This document shows positions 39,481 through 50,321 of a DNA stretch of 64,000 nucleotides, piece by piece. The notes under the pieces are model-generated. The model made no database searches. It worked only from the letters and a program-made list of their open reading frames with translations, and was not told the DNA's origin. The number at the start of each line of letters is the position of its first letter. Positions within the stretch are counted from its first letter, which is position 1. Source of the DNA: Macrostomum lignano. Taxonomy: Eukaryota. Location: NCBI GenBank assembly GCA_002269645.1, contig NIVC01000275.1, forward strand, positions 124,001 to 188,000, read 5' to 3'. The position numbers and the translations under genes are program-made.

Positions 39481-40134
39481 GACGCGGAGGCGCCCCAGTC
39501 CAGCGGGTTTACAGCAAATAGAAGTTGACAGGAGCTGACAGGCCCAGATTCCCAGACCAAGATGGCAGGGAAATTTTTATGCCCAGTCAGTAGGCGGAGC
39601 TGAGGATTTTAATCGCCGATCCTGCAGCCGTTGTTTAAAAATCCCAAGTCACACAGCGTGACGCAATTGGCCGGCGAAAATGATGAGGCAATGCGGGAGG
39701 CTGCACCTGCTGCATCTGACGGACCGGGCTGTTTGATGGGCGGCGAGTCAAAGAGATGTCAGGGGACACCGTTAAGGCTGGTAGAGCGACTTTCCTACCG
39801 AGCAAATGCCTTTGCTGGGACTTGTAGCAGAAATATCCTCCCAAATTCTCTCAGCCGACTTGCACTCTGCGCTTGCTAAAAGGATTTCGACGCACTGGAG
39901 CGAGCGAGCTCCATCTCAAACGGTTTATGGCGTGATTCGGAATTTCGAACTTAAAGAAAGGATGGCCTGGACTCGATTCCAATTATCCCTTCATCACACG
40001 ATTCCCACCTTGTCATCTTGGTTTTCCGCGCTCGTACTTGCTGTCTCATACTCTACTGAATAGACAATTTTATTAGTAGTATAGTGAAAACTTCACAAAT
40101 TAAAAAAGGCTTTTGGATTTAAGATTTCACGGTC

Positions 40135-40870
40135 TCTCCTTCCTCTCCCTCTCTTTTATTCTCCATCTCTCTCCTTCGATTCTCTGCCACTCCCTTCTTC
40201 TCTCCTCTATCTCTCCTCTCCCTCTCCCCTCTCTCTCTCTCCTCTCCCTCTCTCCTCTCCCTCTCTCCTCTCCCTCTTTCCTCTCCCTCTCTCCTCTCCC
40301 TCTCTCCTCTCCCTCTCTTCTCTCCCTCTCTCCTCTCCCTCTCTTCTCTCCCTCTCTCCACTTCCTCTCTCCTTTCCCTCTCTCCTCTCTCCTCTCCCTC
40401 TCTCCTCTCTACTCTCTACTCTCACTCTCTACTCTCTACTCTCACTCTCTCCTCTCCCTCTCTCCTCTTCCTCTCTCCTTTCTCTCCTCTCCCTCTCTCC
40501 TCTTCCTCTTCCTCTCTCCACTTCCTCTCTCCACTTCCTCTCTACTCTCTCCTCTCCCTCTCCCCTCTCTCTCTCTCCTCTCCCTCTCTTCTCTCCCTCT
40601 CTCCACTTCCTCTCTACTCTTTCCTCTCCCTCTCTCCTCTCCCTCTCTCCTTTCCCTCTCTCCTCTCCCTCTCTCCTCTCCCTCTCTCCTTTACTTCTCT
40701 CCCCACCTCTCTTCTCCTTTCTCCTCTCTTCTCTCCATCTCCCCACTCCCTCCCGCCATTCTCTCCTCTCCCTCTTTCCGCTCTCCACTTCCTTTCTCAT
40801 CTCTTTTCCATTTCCTTTATTTCTATCCTCCCCCTGGCTTTTCTGCTTCCTTCTTCTCCCTCTTTCTCCT
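40135..40870. repeat. CT-rich low-complexity polypyrimidine tract
   Basis: Directly visible. Confidence 0.9.
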
Positions 40871-41319
40871 CTCCACGGCATACCAATTTTTTAGCCAAAT
40901 ATAATTTATTGAGTATTTAAAATTAGAAAAAGCTCTAACTGGTTCAATCTGCTAAAAGTTTAATCAGTGAAGGCAGTCTGTTAAAATAGTTCTCATTTTA
41001 TTAAACTCCCCTCTCCAAGCTCTTCGAAAAAATTCAGCTACTTTCGAGCCTAAAAATGAGAAGGCAAGACGTGCCTGTCACACTGCCTGCCTGTCTCATA
41101 GGTGAAATGGATTGGTCCATGTGACACGACAACAGGATAATCTAATTGAAAAAAAACGATTCCGACGCAAAGTAGATCTCAGGGGAGCGCAAAATTGATG
41201 CAATAATTTATGGATAGTTTATGACAAGGAAGGGGCGGGACGGACAGCTGGAGCTGAATTCAAATTCGGCAATGGGATTCAGAAATTGCGAATTTCAATG
41301 AATTAGCGCTCAAAATGGC

Positions 41320-43970
41320 GATTCTTGAGAGTGACTCATGGATAATTCTGGGATTCTTGAGAGTGACTCATGGATAATTCTGGGATTCTTGACAGTGACT
41401 CATGCATAATTCTGGGATTCTTGACAGTGACTCATGGATAATTCTGGGATTCTTGACAGTGACTCATGGATAATTCTGGGATTCTTGACAGTGACTCATG
41501 GATAATTCTGGCGATTCTTGACAGTGACTCATGCATAATTCTGGCGATTCTTGAGAGTGACTCATGGATAATTCTGGCGATTCTTGAGAGTGACTCATGG
41601 ATAATTCTGGCGATTCTTGACAGTGACTCATGCATAATTCTGGCGATTCTTGAGAGTGACTCATGGATAATTCTGGCGATTCTTGAGAGTGACTCATGGA
41701 TAATTCTGGCGATTCTTGACAGTGACTCATGGATAATCCTGGCGATTCTTGACAGTGACTCATGCATAATTCTGGCGATTCTTGAGAGTGACTCATGGAT
41801 AATTCTGGCGATTCTTGAGAGTGACTCATGGATAATTCTGGCGATTCTTGACAGTGACTCATGGAAAATTCTGGCGATTCTTGACAGTGACTCATGGATA
41901 ATCCTGGCGATTCTTGAGAGTGAGACTCATGCATAATCCTGGCGATTCTTGACAGTGACTCATGGATAATCCTGGCGATTCTTGACAGTGACTCATGCAT
42001 AATTCTGGCGATTCTTGACAGTGACTCATGGATAATCCTGGCGATTCTTGACAGTGACTCATGGATAATCCTGGCGATTCTTGACAGTGACTCATGGATA
42101 ATTCTGGCGATTCTTGACAGTGACTCATGGATAATCCTGGCGATTCTTGACAGTGACTCATGGATAATTCTGGCGCTTCTTGACAGTGACTCATGCATAA
42201 TTCTGGCGATTCTTGACAGTGACTCATGGATAATTCTGGCGATTCTTGAGAGTGACTCATGGATAATCCTGGCGATTCTTGAGAGTGAGACTCATGGATA
42301 ATTCTGGCGATTCTTGAGAGTGAGACTCATGGATAATTCTGGCGATTCTTGACAGTGACTCATGGATAATCCTGGGATTCTTGACAGTGACTCATGAATA
42401 ATTCTGGCGATTCTTGACAGTGACTCATGCATAATTCTGGCGATTCTTGACAGTGACTCATGCATAATTCTGGCGATTCTTGACAGTGACTCATGGATAA
42501 TCCTGGCGATTCTTGACAGTGACTCATGTATAATCCTGGCGATTCTTGACAGTGACTCATGGATAATCCTGGCGATTCTTGACAGTGACTCATGGATAAT
42601 TCTGGCGATTCTTGACAGTGACTCATGGATAATTCTGGCGATTCTTGAGAGTGAGACTCATAGATAATCCTGGCGATTCTTGACAGTGACTCATGCATAA
42701 TTCTGGCGATTCTTGACAGTGACTCATGGATAATCCTGGGATTCTTGACAGTGACTCATGCATAATTCTGGCGATTCTTGACAGTGACTCATGCATAATT
42801 CTGGCGATTCTTGACAGTGACTCATGCATAATTCTGGCGATTCTTGAAAGTGACTCATGGATAATCCTGGCGATTCTTGACAGTGACTCATGGATAATTC
42901 TGGCGATTCTTGACAGTGACTCATGCATAATTCTGGCGATTCTTGACAGTGACTCATGGATAATTCTGGCGATTCTTGAGAGTGAGACTCATAGATAATC
43001 CTGGCGATTCTTGACAGTGACTCATGCATAATTCTGGCGATTCTTGACAGTGACTCATGGATAATTCTGGCGATTCTTGACAGTGACTCATGCATAATTC
43101 TGGCGATTCTTGACAGTGACTCATGGATAATTCTGGCGATTCTTGAGAGTGAGACTCATAGATAATCCTGGCGATTCTTGACAGTGACTCATGCATAATT
43201 CTGGCGATTCTTGACAGTGACTCATGGATAATTCTGGCGATTCTTGAGAGTGAGACTCATAGATAATCCTGGCGATTCTTGACAGTGACTCATGCATAAT
43301 TCTGGCGATTCTTGACAGTGACTCATGCATAATTCTGGCGATTCTTGAGAGTGACTCATGGATAATTCTGGCGATTCTTGACAGTGACTCATGGATAATT
43401 CTGGCGATTCTTGACAGTGACTCATGGATAATCCTGGGATTCTTGACAGTGACTCATGCATAATTCTGGCGATTCTTGATAGTGACTCATGCATAATTCT
43501 GGCGATTCTTGACAGTGACTCATGCATAATTCTGGCGATTCTTGACAGTGACTCATGGATAATCCTGGCGATTCTTGACAGTGACTCATGGATAATTCTG
43601 GCGATTCTTGACAGTGACTCATGCATAATTCTGGCGATTCTTGACAGTGACTCATGGATAATTCTGGCGATTCTTGACAGTGACTCATGGATAATCCTGG
43701 CGATTCTTGACAGTGACTCATGGATAATTCTGGCGATTCTTGAGAGTGAGACTCATAGATAATCCTGGCGATTCTTGACAGTGACTCATGCATAATTCTG
43801 GCGATTCTTGACAGTGACTCATGGATAATTCTGGCGATTCTTGAGAGTGAGACTCATAGATAATCCTGGCGATTCTTGACAGTGACTCATGCATAATTCT
43901 GGCGATTCTTGACAGTGACTCATGGATAATTCTGGCGATTCTTGAGAGTGAGACTCATGGATAATTCTGG
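41320..43970. repeat. 33-bp satellite GATTCTTGACAGTGACTCATG(G/C)ATAAT(T/C)CTGGC
   Basis: About 80 tandem units; about 6 more at 46884-47095. Confidence 0.97.
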
Positions 43971-44627
43971 TCATTCTTGGGCTGATTTTTGCCAGTGTAA
44001 CCCAAGGCTACTCAAGAAATTCATTCTGGCGACTCTCACAGCTTCCTGTTGCTGTGCAGTGACAGCGCAGCATTAGTGCCTGCAGTCAGAGCTGTCTTTT
44101 CGAGAATCGGCCACTCATTGATCCGAAAAAGGAAGACAGAGGACAAACTCTCGCACCACAGGGACTCCCTTCATTCCAGGGCGCAGAATTTGAACTAACC
44201 CCCCCCCCCAACGCCTCCGAGCTACAAAGTGCAAAGTGGGGATCTGTTCCCAACAGAGCAAACACAGGCGCTGCAAGTCAAATGAAACAGAGGGAGGCAG
44301 AGAATCGAGCAAGTAGTTTCTAGGCGAAATTTGAGCGCCCCATTCATCTCCGCCTCGGGGATCCTGGTTTATGGGGGGGGGGGGTCTGGCGGAAATCTGC
44401 GATGGAAAACCCCGGGCGCCCGCGCTAATGCTGCTGACGATGCCTTTTTTCAGCGAAATAGCGAAATACCACAGAGATCGATTTCATAGAAACTACACGT
44501 TCAGCTCTCCATCATCACAGAATCAAATGTCTGTCTCTACGGAGCATCTGCACCTCTCCCTGTCCTGGTCTGTCACCGACCTGAGTCCTCCGTCTGGTGC
44601 CAGCTGGGGAAAAAGTCGTTTAGGGTC

Positions 44628-44686
44628 TCTCACTTGCACTCTCACTCTCACCCTCACTCTCACTCTCACTTGCACTCTCACTCTCA

Positions 44687-44723
<37 letters not shown>

Positions 44724-44758
44724 CCTCACTCTCACTCTCACTTGCACTCTCACTCTCA

Positions 44759-44810
<52 letters not shown>

Positions 44811-44964
44811 TCTCACTCTTACTGTCACTCTCACCCTCACTCCCACTCTCACTCTCCCTCTTCTCACTCTTACTGTCACTTTCACTCTCACTCCCACTCT
44901 CACTCTCACTCTTACTCTTCTCAATCTTACTGTCACTCTCACTCTCACTCTCATTCTCACTCTT

Positions 44965-44996
<32 letters not shown>

Positions 44997-45108
44997 CCTC
45001 ACTCTCAATCTCACTCTCACTCTTCTCACTCTAACTGTCATTCTCACTCTCACCCTCACTCTCACTTTCACTCTTACTCTTCTCACTCTTACTGTCGCTC
45101 TCACTCTT

Positions 45109-45161
<53 letters not shown>

Positions 45162-45682
45162 TCTCACTCTTACTGTCACTCTCACCCTCACTCCCACTCT
45201 CACTCTCACTCTTCTCACTCTTACTGTCACTCTCACTCTCACTCCCACTCTCACTCTCACTCTTACTCTTCTCAATCTTACTGTCACTCTCACTCTCACT
45301 CTCATTCTCACTCTTACTCTCACTCTCACTCTCACTCTCACCCTCACTCTCAATCTCACTCTCACTCTTCTCACTCTAACTGTCATTCTCACTCTCACCC
45401 TCACTCTCACTTTCACTCTTACTCTTCTCACTCTTACTGTCGCTCTCACTCTTACTCTCACTCTCACTCTCACTCTCACCCTCACTCTCACTCTCACTCT
45501 CACTCTTCTCACTCTTACTGTCGCTCTCATTCTTACTCTCACTCTCACTCTCACTCTCACCCTCACTCTCACTCTCACTCTCACTCTTCTCACTCTTACT
45601 GTCGCTCTCATTCTTACTCTCACTCTCACTCTCACTCTCATTCTCACTCTCACTCACTCTCACTCTCACTCTCACTCTCACC
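44628..45682. repeat. (CTCACT)n hexamer tract; second copy 47749-48797
   Basis: Directly visible. Confidence 0.95.
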
Positions 45683-45874
45683 ATGATATTAAAAGAATAT
45701 TGAAATATTGAAAAATGTTTAAAATGACTTTAATAGCTCGTAACATCTGCAACCTGCATAAGAAGTTTGCAATATCGATATATTTGAAATATGACATTGT
45801 AAATGAAATTTATTCATAGTTCTTGCACAATATACTCTTCAAATAGATTTAGTCGGTTTAAAAAATATTTGCAT

Positions 45875-46883
45875 CTCTGTCAGCAGACTCTGTCAGCAGA
45901 CTTTCAGCAGATTCTATCAGCAGACTCTGTCAGCAGACTCTGTCAGCAGACTCTGTCAGCAGACTCTGTCAGCAGAATCTGTCAGTAAAATCTGTCAGCA
46001 GACTCTGTCAGTAAAATCTGTCAGCAGACTCTGTCAGCAGACTCTGTCAGCAGACTCTGTCAGCAGACTCTGTCAGCAGACTCTGTCAGTAAAATCTGTC
46101 AGCAGACTCTGTCAGCAGACTCTGTCAGTAAAATCTGTCAGCAGACTCTGTCAGCAGACTCTGTCAGCAGACTCTGTCAGCAGACTCTGTCAGCAGACTC
46201 TGTCAGCAGACTCTGTCAGCAGACTCTGTCAGCAGACTCTGTCAGCAGACTCTGTCAGCAGACTCTGTCAGCAGAATCTGTCAGTAAAATCTGTCAGCAG
46301 ACTCTGTCAGCAGACTCTGTCAGCAGACTCTGTCAGCAGACTCTGTCAGCAGACTCTATCAGTAAAATCTGTCAGCAGACTCTGTCAGCAGACTCTGTCA
46401 GCAGACTCTGTCAGCAGACTCTGTCAGCAGACTCTGTCAGCAGACTCTGTCAGTAAAATCTGTCAGCAGACTCTGTCAGCAGACTCTGTCAGCAGACTCT
46501 GTCAGCAGACTCTGTCAGCAGACTCTGTCAGCAGACTCTGTCAGCAGACTCTGTCAGCAGACTCTGTCAGCAGACTCTGTCAGTAAAATCTGTCAGCAGA
46601 CTCTGTCAGCAGACTCTGTCAGCAGACTCTGTCAGCAGACTCTGTCAGCAGACTCTGTCAGCAGACTCTGTCAGCAGACTCTGTCAGCAGACTCTGTCAG
46701 CAGACTCTGTCAGCAGACTCTGTCAGCAGACTCTGTCAGCAGACTCTGTCAGCAGACTCTGTCAGCAGACTCTGTCAGCAGACTCTGTCAGCAGAATCTG
46801 TCAGTAAAATCTGTCAGCAGACTCTGTCAGCAGACTCTGTCAGCAGACTCTGTCAGCAGACTCTGTCAGCAGACTCTGTCAGC
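45875..46883. repeat. 13-bp satellite GTCAGCAGACTCT; second copy about 48990-49672
   Basis: Roughly 77 and 52 units estimated from length; a variant GTCAGTAAAATCT is interspersed. Confidence 0.97.
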
Positions 46884-47807
46884 AGATAATCCTGGCGATT
46901 CTTGACAGTGACTCATGCATAATTCTGGCGATTCTTGACAGTGACTCATGGATAATTCTGGCGATTCTTGAGAGTGAGACTCATAGATAATCCTGGCGAT
47001 TCTTGACAGTGACTCATGCATAATTCTGGCGATTCTTGACAGTGACTCATGGATAATTCTGGCGATTCTTGAGAGTGAGACTCATGGATAATTCTGGTCA
47101 TTCTTGGGCTGATTTTTGCCAGTGTAACCCAAGGCTACTCAAGAAATTCATTCTGGCGACTCTCACAGCTTCCTGTTGCTGTGCAGTGACAGCGCAGCAT
47201 TAGTGCCTGCAGTCAGAGCTGTCTTTTCGAGAATCGGCCACTCATTGATCCGAAAAAGGAAGACAGAGGACAAACTCTCGCTCCACAGGGACTCCCTTCA
47301 TTCCAGGGCGCAGAATTTGAACTAACCCCCCCCAACGCCTCCGAGCTACAAAGTGCAAAGTGGGGATCTGTTCCCAACAGAGCAAACACAGGCGCTGCAA
47401 GTCAAATGAAACAGAGGGAGGCAGAGAATCGAGCAAGTAGTTTCTAGGCGAAATTTGAGCGCCCCATTCATCTCCGCCTCGGGGATCCTGGTTTATGGGG
47501 GGGGGTCTGGCGGAAATCTGCGATGGAAAACCCCGGGCGCCCGCGCTAATGCTGCTGACGATGCCTTTTTTCAGCGAAATAGCGAAATACCACAGAGATC
47601 GATTTCATAGAAACTACACGTTCAGCTCTCCATCATCACAGAATCAAATGTCTGTCTCTACGGAGCATCTGCACCTCTCCCTGTCCTGGTCTGTCACCGA
47701 CCTGAGTCCTCCGTCTGGTGCCAGCTGGGGAAAAAGTCGTTTAGGGTCTCTCACTTGCACTCTCACTCTCACCCTCACTCTCACTCTCACTTGCACTCTC
47801 ACTCTCA

Positions 47808-47844
<37 letters not shown>

Positions 47845-47879
47845 CCTCACTCTCACTCTCACTTGCACTCTCACTCTCA

Positions 47880-47931
<52 letters not shown>

Positions 47932-48085
47932 TCTCACTCTTACTGTCACTCTCACCCTCACTCCCACTCTCACTCTCCCTCTTCTCACTCTTACTGTCAC
48001 TTTCACTCTCACTCCCACTCTCACTCTCACTCTTACTCTTCTCAATCTTACTGTCACTCTCACTCTCACTCTCATTCTCACTCTT

Positions 48086-48117
<32 letters not shown>

Positions 48118-49653
48118 CCTCACTCTCAATCTCACTCTCACTCTTCTCACTCTAACTGTCATTCTCACTCTCACCCTCACTCTCACTTTCACTCTTACTC
48201 TTCTCACTCTTACTGTCACTCTCACCCTCACTCCCACTCTCACTCTCACTCTTCTCACTCTTACTGTCACTCTCACTCTCACTCCCACTCTCACTCTCAC
48301 TCTTACTCTTCTCAATCTTACTGTCACTCTCACTCTCACTCTCATTCTCACTCTTACTCTCACTCTCACTCTCACTCTCACCCTCACTCTCAATCTCACT
48401 CTCACTCTTCTCACTCTAACTGTCATTCTCACTCTCACCCTCACTCTCACTTTCACTCTTACTCTTCTCACTCTTACTGTCGCTCTCACTCTTACTCTCA
48501 CTCTCACTCTCACTCTCACCCTCACTCTCACTCTAACTCTTCTCACTCTTACTGTCGCTCTCACTCTTACTCTCACTCTCACTCTCACTCTCACCCTCAC
48601 TCTCACTCTCACTCTCACTCTTCTCACTCTTACTGTCGCTCTCATTCTTACTCTCACTCTCACTCTCACTCTCACCCTCACTCTCACTCTCACTCTCACT
48701 CTTCTCACTCTTACTGTCGCTCTCATTCTTACTCTCACTCTCACTCTCACTCTCATTCTCACTCTCACTCACTCTCACTCTCACTCTCACTCTCACCATG
48801 ATATTAAAAGAATATTGAAATATTGAAAAATGTTTAAAATGACTTCAATAGCTCGTAACATCTGCAACCTGCATAAGAAGTTTGCAATATCGATATATTT
48901 GAAATATGACATTGTAAATGAAATTTATTCATAGTTCTTGCACAATATACTCTTCAAATAGATTTAGTCGGTTTAAAAAATATTTGCATCTCTGTCAGCA
49001 GACTCTGTCAGCAGACTTTCAGCAGATTCTATCAGCAGACTCTGTCAGCAGACTCTGTCAGCAGACTCTGTCAGCAGACTCTGTCAGCAGAATCTGTCAG
49101 TAAAATCTGTCAGCAGACTCTGTCAGTAAAATCTGTCAGCAGACTCTGTCAGCAGACTCTGTCAGCAGACTCTGTCAGCAGACTCTGTCAGCAGACTCTG
49201 TCAGTAAAATCTGTCAGCAGACTCTGTCAGCAGACTCTGTCAGCAGACTCTGTCAGCAGACTCTGTCAGCAGACTCTGTCAGCAGACTCTGTCAGTAAAA
49301 TCTGTCAGCAGACTCTGTCAGCAGACTCTGTCAGCAGACTCTGTCAGCAGACTCTGTCAGCAGACTCTGTCAGCAGACTCTGTCAGCAGACTCTGTCAGC
49401 AGACTCTGTCAGCAGACTCTGTCAGCAGACTCTGTCAGCAGACTCTGTCAGCAGAATCTGTCAGTAAAATCTGTCAGCAGACTCTGTCAGCAGACTCTGT
49501 CAGCAGACTCTGTCAGCAGACTCTGTCAGCAGACTCTATCAGTAAAATCTGTCAGCAGACTGTCAGCAGACTCTGTCAGCAGACTCTGTCAGCAGACTCT
49601 GTCAGCAGACTCTGTCAGCAGACTCTGTCAGCAGACTCTGTCAGCAGACTCTG

Positions 49654-50204
49654 TCAGCAGACTCTATCAGCAGATCTGCTATTCCCAAACTCACTACAGC
49701 ATCGCTCTTTCTCCCAGGGATCAGGGTGCTCAAAGAGCGAGTCCTGGACCTCCCCACCTTCTCCTGGCTTGTCCCGGGCGGAAGAAGGCACAGGGAGCGG
49801 CTGCGGCGGCTGCTGCTGCTGAGATGCCGGAGGCTCTCCGACCAGACTGAGGTAGACAAACTCGACCAGCTCAACAATGAAGGCCGCCGTGAGGCCGATG
49901 CACAGCGAGCACAGGCCGCCAATTCTGCTCAACAAGATGTTGACATCTAGGGTGAGCTTCTCCAGCTTCCAGCTAATGTCCCAGTTCTTCCTACGGATCT
50001 TCACGCAGGCGTAGCTGGCCTTCCCGGCCAGTCGGGAGTCGAACTGGCCATCCTGGTACTCGCTGACTTCCCGGGACAGCGCATACAGCAGGCGGTCTGG
50101 CGACACTGCCGGATCTTTTTCCCTGGCCAGATGGGCCTTGTACTGGTCCGCCAGCGCTGCCATCTTGCTGGGCAGCGGAGCCCAGTGAGTGGCCGACAGG
50201 GTTG
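49654..50204 (-). CDS. DEG/ENaC channel, distal part of the last exon (TM2 and C-tail), separated from the rest by the LINE
   Basis: LLSRIGGLCSLCIGLTAAFIVELVEF is a DEG/ENaC TM2-type segment. The first 96 bp duplicate 56009-56104. Stop TGA at 49656-49654. Confidence 0.88.
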
Positions 50205-50321
50205 ACTTGACTTACTTGACTTAGCTGCAGGGGGCGTCCGGCGGATGCAGCGAGGAGGCGGAGGAGACCGCCCATTCCGCTAGCCCCTGGCGACCAACGA
50301 CTTCCGTTGAAGTGGTGTCGC

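Larger units (their letters stand above)
43757..49672. repeat. Tandem segmental duplication: unit 1 43757-46883, unit 2 46884-about 49672
   Basis: Both units have the same order of 33-mer tail, unique about 650 bp, (CTCACT)n, unique about 200 bp and 13-mer array. Offset is 3127 bp at the start and 3115 bp after the hexamer tract. Confidence 0.93.

Noticed and set aside
41320-43970. 33-bp repeats as a CRISPR array
   Set aside because: Units are head-to-tail with no unique spacers, no cas genes, and the context is eukaryotic.
44371-48826. Paired 350-446-aa ORFs (TL, HS, RV repeats)
   Set aside because: Produced by stop-free (CTCACT)n tracts; no domain content.
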